Shown here: positions 10,701-18,934 of the stretch, piece after piece | Numbering within the stretch: the first letter of the stretch is position 1 | Layout: each line of letters opens with the position of its first letter | From: an uncultured Eubacteriales bacterium | GTDB taxonomy: Bacteria; Bacillota; Clostridia; Oscillospirales; CAG-272 | Length of the DNA: 64,000 nt | Assembly: GCA_934434925.1 (NCBI GenBank) | Contig: CAKSAC010000006.1 | Span: 36,641 to 100,640 of the forward strand | Reading direction: 5' to 3' | Position numbers and translations under genes: made by a program | The notes under the pieces: generated by a model | What the model was told of the DNA's origin: nothing | Databases searched by the model: none | Seen by the model: the letters and a program-made list of their open reading frames with translations, nothing else

Positions 10701-10848
10701 CAGTGAAAAGATCGCCGCCGTTGCGAAAGCGCATGAAGCGCAGCTCACCCGCGCCACCCTGTCCGATTGTCTCATCCTTGCCGAAAACGACGGCCGCGAA
10801 TGGAACCTGAACGGCGAAACCGTCCGTATCACCGTCCGGAAGGTCTGA
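7702..10848 (+). CDS. ileS: isoleucine--tRNA ligase
   Basis: ORF 7651-10848. Start at Met18 (ATG 7702, AGGGAGA upstream). HIGH-type motif PPTANGKPHIGH and KMSKS present. Confidence 0.95.
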   Translation: MYKKVSANVDFVKQEKEILRFWQKNKIFEKSVDSRREGENYTFYDGPPTANGKPHIGHVLTRVIKDMIPRYRAMKGAHVLRKAGWDTHGLPVELEVEKKLGLDGKEQIEQYGIAPFIRECKESVWKYKGMWEEFSGAVGFWADMDNPYVTYHNDYIESEWWALKQIYDRGLLYRGFKTVPYCPRCGTPLSSHEVAQGYKTVKERSAVVRFRARDEDAYFLAWTTTPWTLPSNTALCVNADEEYCRVRAADGKVYYMAKPLLDTVLGPLAKDGAPAYEILEIMKGSALEGRRYEPLYACAADTAAAQGKQAHFVLCDPYVSMSDGTGIVHIAPAFGEDDSRIGKKYDLPFIQKVDARGDMTADTPYAGLFVKDADPLILRDLDRDGLLFSAPKFEHEYPFCWRCDTPLIYYAQDTWFIRMSEVRDDLIRNNKTVNWIPANIGEGRFGDWLKNVQDWGLSRNRYWGTPLNIWECSCGRRVSVGSIAELRSLSDNCPENIELHRPYIDAVTIPCPDCGKTMKRVSAVIDCWFDSGAMPFAQWHYPFENKELFEKNFPADFISEAIDQTRGWFYSLMAISTLIFNKAPYKNVIVLGHVLDKDGQKMSKSKGNAADPMEELGKYGADAIRWYFYSNSAPWLPNKYHEGAVLEGRNKFIGTLWNTYSFFVLYANIDGFDPAKYPLDPAALTVMDRWILSRLQSTVLETDKHLSSYEIPETARALQDFVNDLSNWYVRRCRERFWAHGMEADKIAAYHTLFTSLVTLAEISAPMIPFTAEEIYQNLVRTHNASAPESVHLCDFPSADPSLLDKTLEANMEKVLQIVSLGRACRNAASVKNRQPLAAMYVMSDGDLPAFFTDIIRDELNLREVIFTDSVRSFTTYTFKPQLRTVGPKYGRYLAFIREALSAADGNEAHDRLTADGQLVLHAPDGTKIALGEEDLLIEQVREPGYESLSDRGITVVLDVRLTDELLEEGYLRELISKVQTMRKDSGFEVTDHITLTVGGSEKIAAVAKAHEAQLTRATLSDCLILAENDGREWNLNGETVRITVRKV

Positions 10849-10879
10849 CCGCTCTGTACGCCCCCCTTAAAAAATCTGC

Positions 10880-10958
10880 CCCCGCAACGCCCCGAAAAAT
10901 CTGACTGCCCCGGAGAGAATCCGACCCCGCAACGCCCCGAAAAATCTGACTGCCCCGG
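10880..10958 (+). repeat. 34-bp direct repeat, two copies 45 bp apart
   Basis: ccccgcaacgccccgaaaaatctgactgccccgg occurs at 10880-10913 and again at 10925-10958. Confidence 0.9.
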
Positions 10959-11025
10959 GCGTTGCCCCGCCGTAAACCGAAATTATGCGAAGCGCCTGCC
11001 GGGCGCAAACCGAAGGAGAATCATC

Positions 11026-11775
11026 ATGAACGAAAAAACCCTTGCCACCGTCGGAGGTCTGCCGATTACCGAAACCGATCTTGCCGCCCTGTACGCCACC
11101 CTCGGCCCGCGGGCAGACGCCTATAAAACGCCGGAGGGCCGCGCCGCGCTTCTGGAAGAACTGATCGGCCGCAAGCTCTTCCTGCTGGAAGCACAGAAGA
11201 ATCTGTTTGAAGCCGAACCCGAGTTCCGGGAACAGATGAAGCGCGCCAAAGAACAGCTCCTCACCGAATATGCCATCCGCCGCGCGCTCTCGTCGGTCCG
11301 CGTCACCGAGGAAGAGGTCCGCAAATTCTATGACGACAACCAGGACAAATTCAACGCGGGCGAAACCGTTTCGGCTTCGCACATTTTGGTGGACAGCGAG
11401 GAAAAGGCCAAAGAAATCGCCGCAAAGATCGCGTCGGGAGAGAAGACCTTTGAAGAGGCCGCCAAAGAATACAGTTCCTGTCCTTCCCGCGAAGCCGGCG
11501 GCGCTCTCGGCGAATTCGGCCGCGGGCAAATGGTGCCGGAATTTGAAGAAGCCGCCTTTGCGCTGGAACCGGGCAAAATCAGCGAGCCGGTCAAGACGCA
11601 GTTCGGCTGGCATCTGATCCGCGTCGGCGCCAAAAACAAGGAAAAGCCCATCAGTTATTCCGAAGCCCGCGAGACAATTTTTCAGAAACTGACGGCCGAA
11701 AAGCAACAGGCCGCCTACCGCAGTAAAATCAACCAGTTGAAAATCATGTTTCCGGTGGACAAGCTCTCGTTATGA
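11026..11775 (+). CDS. parvulin-type peptidylprolyl isomerase (PrsA/SurA-like), no obvious signal peptide
   Basis: ORF track. PpiC-domain motifs SASHILV and FGWHLIRV. GGAGA RBS. Confidence 0.8.
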   Translation: MNEKTLATVGGLPITETDLAALYATLGPRADAYKTPEGRAALLEELIGRKLFLLEAQKNLFEAEPEFREQMKRAKEQLLTEYAIRRALSSVRVTEEEVRKFYDDNQDKFNAGETVSASHILVDSEEKAKEIAAKIASGEKTFEEAAKEYSSCPSREAGGALGEFGRGQMVPEFEEAAFALEPGKISEPVKTQFGWHLIRVGAKNKEKPISYSEARETIFQKLTAEKQQAAYRSKINQLKIMFPVDKLSL

Positions 11776-12980
11776 TTATCGGCGAATTCTGCGACGTTTT
11801 TCCACCCGAAACAGACGGGGTCGGCATTGTCTGCCGGCATTATACCGAAGGACTCTCTTCCCTCGGGCATGACTGCTTCTATATCGCCCCGGGTTCGTCA
11901 AAAAGCCCTGCCGTTTCGTTCCGGACGCTCCTTTTCCGCAGTTTCCGGATTCCCCGGTTGGTCTATCGGTTCGGGCTTCCCTTTTTTGACCGCGCTTTCA
12001 TCAAAAAGCTCGACGCCACGCCTTTCGATATCTGTCATGCCCATTCTCCCTTCCTCGCGGGTTTGGCGGCCAGGCGGGCGGCCAAAATGCGCGGCGTTCC
12101 GCTGATTGCCACGTTTCACACAAAATATTACGACGACTTCCGGAAAGAAACGCACAGCCGTCTTTTGGCGAAGATCGGCGTGCGCTATGTCGTTTCTTTT
12201 TTTGAAAAATGCGACGCGGTCTATACCGTCAGCACCCCGGCCGCGCAGACCCTGCGTTCCTATGGCTACCGGGGCGAGATTCGTGTCCTGCCGAACGGTA
12301 CGGATGAATGGACCCCTGCCGGAACGGCCGACGAATATCTCTCTTCTCTGATCGGCCCCGCCTACCGGGAAGAGCCTCTCTTTCTCTTTGTCGGCCAGCA
12401 GAACTGGAAGAAAAACATCCGCCTGATCCTCCATGCCTTTGCCCTCTACCGGCAAAAGTACGGGAAAGGACACCTTCTGCTGGTCGGGCAAGGCCCCGAT
12501 CTGCATGCCATCCGTTCCTACGCAAAAAAAATCGGGATCGCCAAGGAGACTTTTTTCGGCGGACAGGTGTCCGACCGGGAACATCTGATGCAGATTTACG
12601 CCGCCGCCGACCTCTTCCTTTTCCCTTCGACCTACGACACCTTCTCTCTTGTGGTGCGTGAAGCCGCCATGGCCGGAACCCCCTCGGTCGTGGCCGAAGG
12701 TTCCTGCGCCGCCGAAGACATCCGGGACGGGCAGAACGGTTTTCTCTGCCGGCTTGAACCCGAGAGCCTGCTGGCCGCCATGGAGCGCGCCCTCCCCCTC
12801 TCCGAAGAAGTCGGAAAGGCCGCCCGTCAGACCCTGCCGCATCCCTGGCCCGATATTCTTGCCGCGGCGGAAGCCGATTATGCCGCCCTGGCCGAAAAAA
12901 AGAAAGCCGACATGCTTTCCGAAAAACCCGGACAGAAAAAAAGACCGAAAAAACCAGAAAAAGGAGACCCCTCTTCATGA
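11772..12980 (+). CDS. glycosyltransferase family 4
   Basis: ATGA overlap with the upstream gene. GT4 features: ETDGVG near the N-terminus and an E-x7-E-like C-terminal region (FPSTYDTFSLVVREAAMAG). Confidence 0.8.
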   Translation: MIIGEFCDVFPPETDGVGIVCRHYTEGLSSLGHDCFYIAPGSSKSPAVSFRTLLFRSFRIPRLVYRFGLPFFDRAFIKKLDATPFDICHAHSPFLAGLAARRAAKMRGVPLIATFHTKYYDDFRKETHSRLLAKIGVRYVVSFFEKCDAVYTVSTPAAQTLRSYGYRGEIRVLPNGTDEWTPAGTADEYLSSLIGPAYREEPLFLFVGQQNWKKNIRLILHAFALYRQKYGKGHLLLVGQGPDLHAIRSYAKKIGIAKETFFGGQVSDREHLMQIYAAADLFLFPSTYDTFSLVVREAAMAGTPSVVAEGSCAAEDIRDGQNGFLCRLEPESLLAAMERALPLSEEVGKAARQTLPHPWPDILAAAEADYAALAEKKKADMLSEKPGQKKRPKKPEKGDPSS

Positions 12981-14578
12981 AACACTCTTTTATCGATCTC
13001 TGCCGCCAACCCGACAGCATTCTCTTTCAGTATGAAGACAGCGGTGTGCGTTTTGAGGAGCCGGACAGTCGTGAAGAGCAGTCCTCCCGCCTTGACTATC
13101 AGGTGGAAAACGGAGTCGGCACAATCATCCTTTATCCTTCCGACCGCCCCTTCAAGCGTGTGAAGCTCCGTTTTCGGGGCGACCTTTCCGATTCGCTCAT
13201 GATGATGGGAGACGCTTATGAACGCACCACCGGCGAAACGGCCTGGAGCGGTATCACCCCGCACCTCGTCATGCCTTGGTATTTTTATCTGTATGACGGC
13301 GAGGCTCTGCACGGATTCGGTGTGCGGACGGGCGCATCCTGCGTTGCGTCCTTTACCTGCGATCCTTACGGCATCACGCTCTGGCTGGATGTGCGGAACG
13401 GCGGCGGCGGGGTCGCGCTCCGTGAACCGCTCCGGGCGGCCGAAGTCGTCTGCCGGCGGGGAACGCCCGGGGAGATCCCTTTTTTTGCCGCGCGCGAATT
13501 CTGCCGGATGATGTGTCCGCACCCCAACCTGCCGAAAGAACCCGTCTTCGGTGTCAACAACTGGTACTGGGCGTACGGAAATATTACGCACGCGTCGGTC
13601 ATGGAAGAAACCGATTATCTTATGGAAATGACCGCCGGCTCCGCCTGCCGCCCCTATATGACGATCGACGACGGCTGGCAACGTCACCGCTATACCTCCC
13701 GCACCGGGGTTTATAACGGCGGTCCCTGGGATGCTGTCAACGAGGGGTTTTCCTCGATGCAGGAAACCGCCGAAGCCATTCACGAAAAAGGGGCCAAGGC
13801 CGGCATCTGGTTCCGTCCGCTCGAGACCTGTGTGCGCGTTCCGGCGGAAGCCGAAGGGCCGAAACCCTGTCGCGGAGACGGATTCTATCTCGACCCCTCA
13901 CACCCCTTTACCAAGGAACTCGTCCGCCGCGATACCGCCATGATCCGTTCCTGGGGCTATGATCTTATCAAGCACGATTTCTCTACCTACGACACCACCG
14001 ACGCCTATCCGTATGCCGACGGCAACTGGCATTTTTACGACAGGACCCGGACCAATGCCGAGATTCTCCGCGATTTCTACCGCACGGTGGAAGACGCAGC
14101 AGGCGGCGCTGTCGTTATCGGCTGTAATACCGTCAATCATCTGGTAGCCGGCATTCATGCGGTACAGCGCTCGGGCGGCGATACCTCCGGCCGGAATTTT
14201 GAAATCACGCGCCGGGACGGCGGAGCCTCGCTGATGCGCCTGCCGCAAAACGGAACCTTCTTCGCCGCCGACCCCGACTGCGCCGCCTTCACTCCGATGG
14301 TGGACCACGGAATAAACCTTGATTTTCTGGAAGCCTGCGCCATCAGCGGTGCGGTTACGCTGGCCTCGGTCACGCCGCATACCCTGACCTCGTCCGAAAT
14401 GTCGCGCATACAAAAGATTTTCGGAATCGCCTCGCGCGGGGGAGCAGGCGCTTACCCGACCGACTGGCTGGGCCACAATATTCCCTCCCGCTTTGAAACG
14501 CCGGACGGCCGCCGCTTTGACTTTGACTGGTACCGCGTCTATGACGGCGTGCGCACCTTCTATACCTGGGGCAACTGA
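12977..14578 (+). CDS. alpha-galactosidase-like glycoside hydrolase (clan GH-D, GH36/GH27-like)
   Basis: ATGA overlap with the GT4 gene. Motifs YMTIDDGWQ and LIKHDF are typical of the melibiase TIM-barrel. Confidence 0.6.
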   Translation: MKHSFIDLCRQPDSILFQYEDSGVRFEEPDSREEQSSRLDYQVENGVGTIILYPSDRPFKRVKLRFRGDLSDSLMMMGDAYERTTGETAWSGITPHLVMPWYFYLYDGEALHGFGVRTGASCVASFTCDPYGITLWLDVRNGGGGVALREPLRAAEVVCRRGTPGEIPFFAAREFCRMMCPHPNLPKEPVFGVNNWYWAYGNITHASVMEETDYLMEMTAGSACRPYMTIDDGWQRHRYTSRTGVYNGGPWDAVNEGFSSMQETAEAIHEKGAKAGIWFRPLETCVRVPAEAEGPKPCRGDGFYLDPSHPFTKELVRRDTAMIRSWGYDLIKHDFSTYDTTDAYPYADGNWHFYDRTRTNAEILRDFYRTVEDAAGGAVVIGCNTVNHLVAGIHAVQRSGGDTSGRNFEITRRDGGASLMRLPQNGTFFAADPDCAAFTPMVDHGINLDFLEACAISGAVTLASVTPHTLTSSEMSRIQKIFGIASRGGAGAYPTDWLGHNIPSRFETPDGRRFDFDWYRVYDGVRTFYTWGN

Positions 14579-14587
14579 CCCCCGCGC

Positions 14588-14639
14588 CCCGCGTATTATA
14601 CCCGCGTATGATACCCGCGTATTATACCCGCGTATTATA
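14588..14639 (+). repeat. 13-bp tandem repeat x4 (cccgcgtattata)
   Basis: Units at 14588, 14601, 14614 and 14627. The second unit has one substitution. Confidence 0.9.
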
Positions 14640-14689
14640 AATAGGGGAAATATGGGCGCTTCCTCTCCCCGGCATGGGCCTTCCCTTCT

Positions 14690-14875
14690 CTTTTTGTTTT
14701 TCTTCTGCGTTTTTGCCGCGCTTTCCCCTTTCCTTGCTTGCTCCCCCGCGCGGCCGAACCGCCCTTTTGCCTCTCCTTTTCCTTTTGTCTTTTCTCTCTT
14801 TACCCCCGCGCGGCCGAGCCGCCTTTTTTCCGCGCTTCCCCCCGCCCGCGCCAAAAAACCGCAAAACCGCTTTTT
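14690..14875 (+). repeat. dispersed pyrimidine-rich repeat, copy A (partner at 17080-17297)
   Basis: Long near-identical blocks are shared with copy B, e.g. ctgcgtttttgccgcgcttt...cttgcttgc.cccccgcgcggccgaaccgccctttt and cctctccttttccttttg...ccccgcgcggccga.ccgccttttttccgc...cccgcccgcgccaaaaaaccgcaaaac. Confidence 0.85.
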
Positions 14876-14958
14876 GCCTTCTCTCTTCCCGCTTTCCCGC
14901 GCGGCCCGGTACCATAAATTCGCGCCGCCGGGGCCATTTTATTCCGAAGGAGACTGTC

Positions 14959-16191
14959 ATGACCGTCAAAGAACGCTTCCTTTCTTATATATGTTACCCG
15001 TCCGGTTCCTCGGAGGAGAGCGGGAGCGTTCCGTCTACCCCGGGGCAACGGCTCTTCGCCGACGCTTTGGTGCGGGAATTACAGGCGCTCGGGCTTTCCG
15101 ATGCCGTACAGGATGAAAACGGCGTGGTTTACGCCCATCTTCCGCCTTCTTGCGGCTGTGAAACCGCCCCCTGCCTCGGGTTTCTCGCCCATATGGATAC
15201 TTCTCCGGAATTTTCCGGAGAGGGTGTGCGCGCCCGGGAAATCCCCGACTATGACGGAGGAAAGGTCGCGCTGGCCGGCGGGCGTGTGCTTGACCCGGCC
15301 GATTATCCGCACCTGTCCGACCTGCGGGGCAAGACCCTGCTTTGCCCGGCCGGGGAAACCCTGCTCGGCGCAGATGACAAAGCCGGTATCGCCGAGATAC
15401 TGACTGCGCTGGAGGAGATTCTCGCCACGGGTCTGCCGCACGGTGCCATAGCCGTGGCTTTTACCCCCGATGAAGAGATCGGGCGCGGGGTAGATCATTT
15501 CGATCTTGCCCGTTTCGGAGCGGATTTTGCCTTTACCGTGGACGGCGGGGCGGCCGGGGAAATCGAAAGCGAAAATTTCAACGCCGCCACGGCGCGGCTT
15601 TCCTTCCGCGGCGTATCGGTCCATCCGGGGTCTGCCTGCGGTCGGATGGTGAACGCCATCCGCATGGCGATGGAATTCGCCTCTCTTCTGCCGGACGAAC
15701 GCCCGGAAAACACCAGCGGCCGCCAGGGTTTTTATCACATCACCGACATGAACGGCGGGGTCGGGGAAGCCTCTGTCCATTGCATTCTCCGCGATTTTAC
15801 CGAGGAAGGACTGGAAAAAAGAAAAAACGCCGTCACAGAAGCCGCCCGCCTTCTCTCGGCGCGCTATCCGGCCGGGTCTGTCTCGCTCTCGATCCGGGAT
15901 TCTTACCGGAACATGAAACCCGCGCTGGCCGGGCATCGCCATCTGCTCGACAAGGCGGAAAAAGCCACCCGCGCGGCGGGCCTTACCCCGGCAACCCCTC
16001 CGATCCGCGGCGGAACCGACGGGGCGCTTCTTTCCCTGCGCGGCTTGCCATGCCCGAATCTCGGCACCGGCGGTTATGCCTTCCACGGACCCTACGAGCA
16101 TATTGCCGTAGAAGATATGGAGGCCGTTACCCGTGTTTTAACTGCACTTGTTTCCCTGTATGCCTCTGCTTGTAAAGAAAACTTAACATAA
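14959..16191 (+). CDS. pepT: peptidase T (tripeptide aminopeptidase, M20B)
   Basis: ORF 14674-16191. Start at Met96 (ATG 14959, AAGGAG upstream). Colinear with known PepT: STPGQ, FLAHMDTSPEF, LLGADDKAGIAEI, FTPDEEIGRG, IRGGTDG. Confidence 0.9.
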   Translation: MTVKERFLSYICYPSGSSEESGSVPSTPGQRLFADALVRELQALGLSDAVQDENGVVYAHLPPSCGCETAPCLGFLAHMDTSPEFSGEGVRAREIPDYDGGKVALAGGRVLDPADYPHLSDLRGKTLLCPAGETLLGADDKAGIAEILTALEEILATGLPHGAIAVAFTPDEEIGRGVDHFDLARFGADFAFTVDGGAAGEIESENFNAATARLSFRGVSVHPGSACGRMVNAIRMAMEFASLLPDERPENTSGRQGFYHITDMNGGVGEASVHCILRDFTEEGLEKRKNAVTEAARLLSARYPAGSVSLSIRDSYRNMKPALAGHRHLLDKAEKATRAAGLTPATPPIRGGTDGALLSLRGLPCPNLGTGGYAFHGPYEHIAVEDMEAVTRVLTALVSLYASACKENLT

Positions 16192-16201
16192 GGAGAAGAA
16201 A

Positions 16202-16801
16202 ATGTTCAGAAAAAACAAGTTGTTCAAAGAAGCCGAAAAGGCCGGGAAGAGTTTCTTCTCGGATTTCAAATCCTTCATCTCGCGCGGAAACGTGCTGGAC
16301 CTTGCCGTGGCGGTCGTTATCAGTACCGCATTCGGGCAGATTACCACGGCGCTCGTTAATCACATCATTATGCCGCTTGTCAGCCTTTTGACCGGCGGAG
16401 TAGATGTCAGCGACTGGAAGTGGGTCATTACCCCGGCCAAGGAAGCACTCGTCGGAGCGGACGGCACCATTCTTTCCCCCGCAACGGCGGAAACTGCCGT
16501 CAGTTACGGCCTTTTCCTTCAGGCGATCATCAATTTCCTGCTGATTGCTTTCTCCATCTTCGTCTTTTTGCGGATTCTGCGCCATGCGGAAGCCCGTCTC
16601 CGTGCGAAAGAGACCGCGCTGGCCGAGGCAAAAGCCGCAGAAGAAAAAGCCAAAGCCGATGAAGAAGCGGAAAAAGCAAAAGCCGCCGCAGAAGCAGAAG
16701 CCCGTCGCGCAAGCGAGCTGGCCGCGCTGGATGAAGCCTACAAACGCGCAATCCTTCGCCTTTGCGACAACATAGATAAAACCGGCCACGCCGAAGGGTA
16801 A
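16202..16801 (+). CDS. mscL: large-conductance mechanosensitive channel with long Ala/Glu/Lys-rich C-terminal extension
   Basis: FISRGNVLDLAVAVVISTAFGQITTALVNHIIMPL is the MscL N-terminal signature. The gene starts 10 nt after pepT. At 199 aa it is longer than the roughly 130-150 aa I recall as typical. Confidence 0.9.
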   Translation: MFRKNKLFKEAEKAGKSFFSDFKSFISRGNVLDLAVAVVISTAFGQITTALVNHIIMPLVSLLTGGVDVSDWKWVITPAKEALVGADGTILSPATAETAVSYGLFLQAIINFLLIAFSIFVFLRILRHAEARLRAKETALAEAKAAEEKAKADEEAEKAKAAAEAEARRASELAALDEAYKRAILRLCDNIDKTGHAEG

Positions 16802-17057
16802 TTACAAACGCGCAATCCTTCGCCTTTGCGACAATATGAATAAAACCGGCCACGCCGAAGGGTAACTGCAAACGCGCAATCCTTCGCCTTTGCGACAATA
16901 TGAATAAAACCGGCAACGCCGAAGGGTAACTACAAACGTGCAATCCTTCGCCTTTGCGGCAATATGAATAAAACCGGCAACGCCGAAGGGTAACTACAAA
17001 CGCGCAATCCTTCGCCTTTGCGACAATATGAATAAAACCGGCAACGCCGAAGTCTGA
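16738..17057 (+). repeat. 64-bp tandem repeat x5; copy 1 is the last 21 codons plus stop of mscL
   Basis: Units at 16738, 16802, 16866, 16930 and 16994, with a few substitutions each. Four units end in gggTAA and the last in gtcTGA. Confidence 0.95.
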
Positions 17058-17079
17058 TCCCGGCGCGGGCTTTCTCTCC

Positions 17080-17297
17080 CCTTTTTGCTTTTTTCTGCGT
17101 TTTTGCCGCGCTTTTCCCTTCCCTTGCTTGCCCCCCCGCGCGGCCGAACCGCCCTTTTTTCGCACTTTCCCCCCGCGCGACCAAACTGCCCTTTTTCCTC
17201 TCCTTTTCCTTTTGCTTTTTCTCTCTTTCCCCCCGCGCGGCCGAACCGCCTTTTTTCCGCACTTTCTCCCCCGCCCGCGCCAAAAAACCGCAAAACT
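17080..17297 (+). repeat. dispersed pyrimidine-rich repeat, copy B (partner at 14690-14875), with ~38-bp internal extra unit
   Basis: See copy A. The extra segment at about 17159-17196 is itself a variant of the ccccgcgcg.cc.aac.gccctttt sub-unit. Confidence 0.85.
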
Positions 17298-17299
17298 GC

Positions 17300-17360
17300 G
17301 CAAAAAAACCACAAAACCACGCAAAAAACCACAAAACCACGCAAAAAACCACAAAACCAC
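17300..17360 (+). repeat. 20/21-bp tandem repeat x3 (gcaaaaaaccacaaaaccac)
   Basis: Units at 17300, 17321 and 17341. Confidence 0.9.
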
Positions 17361-17438
17361 GCCGCCGGGAAACGCCATTCCGCGCTATCGCCCGTTTGTG
17401 CGCGATATGTGTCCTTGCCTGTTGCCTTGGAGGTCTCT

Positions 17439-18626
17439 ATGTTTCGTTCTCTCATCCGGCGTTTTATCCCGAACGCCGAAGATACCGCATCCCCGGCTGT
17501 CCGGACAGCTTACGGACAGTTTTGCGGCATTGTCGGTATTCTGCTCAACTGTCTTCTTTCGGCCGCCAAAATCTCAATCGGCCTGCTTACCGGCGCGATT
17601 TCCATCCTTTCGGACGGCGTGAATAACCTCTCGGACGCGGCGTCTTCTCTGATTACCCTGCTCGGCTTCCGCCTGGCAGGCAAGCGCCCCGACCGGGAGC
17701 ATCCTTACGGCCACGGACGTATGGAATATTTCGCCGGGATGGGGGTCTGCTGTGTGATCCTCGTGGTTGCCCTGCGGCTTTTCCGTGAATCGCTGGATAA
17801 GATTCTGTCCGGCACCGCCTCTTCCCCGGGAACGGGAACTTTGGCCTGGCTGACCTTCGGAATTCTGCTCTTTTCGATTTTTGTCAAACTGTGGATGGCT
17901 CTTTTCTGTCGATACGCCGGCAAAAAAATAGCTTCTTCCGCGCTGTCGGCCACATCCAAGGATTCGCTTTTTGACTGCGTTTCCACCGCCGTAGTCCTTC
18001 TCTCCGCGGCCCTCTCCTTCGCAATTCCGGATTTCCCGATAGACGGTTGCGCGGGAATCATCGTCTCGCTTTTTATCGCTTATACCGGTATCAGTTCGCT
18101 GAAAGAGATTGCCGGCCCCCTGCTCGGAACCGCACCCGACCCGGAGCTTGTGCGCCGCGTTTCGGCATATGTGCTGGGATTCGACCCGCGCGTTTGCGGG
18201 GTGCATGACCTCGCCTTTCACGATTACGGACCGGGGCGTAAAATTCTCGTTCTTCATGTGGAAGTTCCGGCCACGGGGAACATCATGGAACTGCATGACA
18301 TGATCGATAATATCGAACACGGGCTGGCGCGGAATTTCTCCTGCACTGCCACAATCCACATGGACCCCGTCATTACCGAAAGCCCGCGCCTCACCGAATT
18401 GCGCGACAAGTGCCGCCAAATCGTGAAGGAGATTGATCCGGCGTTCGATTTGCATGATTTCCGCATGAACGAAGGTCCGACTCACGCCAATCTGATTTTT
18501 GACGTGATGGTTCCGCGCGAATGCAAACGGAGTCTTGCCGATGTATCCGCCGCGGTGGCCGAGAGAATTCACGCCGCCGACCCGCACCTTTCCGCCGCTG
18601 TCACGGCCGAGTATTCTCTTGTCTGA
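17439..18626 (+). CDS. cation diffusion facilitator (CDF) family metal efflux transporter
   Basis: ORF 17085-18626. Start at Met119 (ATG 17439, GGAGG 5 nt upstream). Motifs LSDGVNNLSDAASS and REHPYGHGRMEY are typical of CDF transporters. Confidence 0.85.
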   Translation: MFRSLIRRFIPNAEDTASPAVRTAYGQFCGIVGILLNCLLSAAKISIGLLTGAISILSDGVNNLSDAASSLITLLGFRLAGKRPDREHPYGHGRMEYFAGMGVCCVILVVALRLFRESLDKILSGTASSPGTGTLAWLTFGILLFSIFVKLWMALFCRYAGKKIASSALSATSKDSLFDCVSTAVVLLSAALSFAIPDFPIDGCAGIIVSLFIAYTGISSLKEIAGPLLGTAPDPELVRRVSAYVLGFDPRVCGVHDLAFHDYGPGRKILVLHVEVPATGNIMELHDMIDNIEHGLARNFSCTATIHMDPVITESPRLTELRDKCRQIVKEIDPAFDLHDFRMNEGPTHANLIFDVMVPRECKRSLADVSAAVAERIHAADPHLSAAVTAEYSLV

Positions 18627-18934
18627 TTGCTTCTCCCGCGCTTTCCCCCGCTTTCTTTGCCCCGCGCCCCCATTTTTCGCTTTACTTTTTTCCGCGCTGG
18701 CTTTCCCCTTTTCGTTTTGCTTTTTTCCCCGCGCCCGAACGCCGAAAAATGCACCCGAACACCGAAAACCGCGCCATGGGGAGGTCCTTTGCCCGAAATT
18801 CTTCGCTTTTTACAATCTATGCGGGATTATGCCCGCAAAACACCGGCCAGAACGGCCAAAACCCCGAAAATGCGCGGAAGGCCCGCCCGCATACTGCCCG
18901 CCAAAATTCTTCATTTTATAAAGGAGTCTCTGCT

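Noticed and set aside
14674-14958. N-terminally extended ORF-track starts for pepT. The same issue affects 17085 (CDF), 18521 (Gfo), 40498 (dapL), 25312 (AraC), 25568 (Gfo), 53622 (pyrR), 52288, 52198, 46997, 3481 and 7501.
   Set aside because: The extensions translate repeat or intergenic DNA and lack an RBS. The internal Met or Val starts have GGAGG-type RBSs and match the known N-termini of the families.
14690-17297. The dispersed pyrimidine-rich repeats as MITEs or IS remnants.
   Set aside because: I could see no terminal inverted repeats, target-site duplications or transposase fragments. They are kept as repeats of unknown origin.
17361-17438. A metal-sensing (czcD/NiCo-type) riboswitch upstream of the CDF transporter.
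   Set aside because: Only about 80 nt of non-repeat sequence is available, and I cannot recognise the conserved junction nucleotides from memory. This is left untested rather than claimed.
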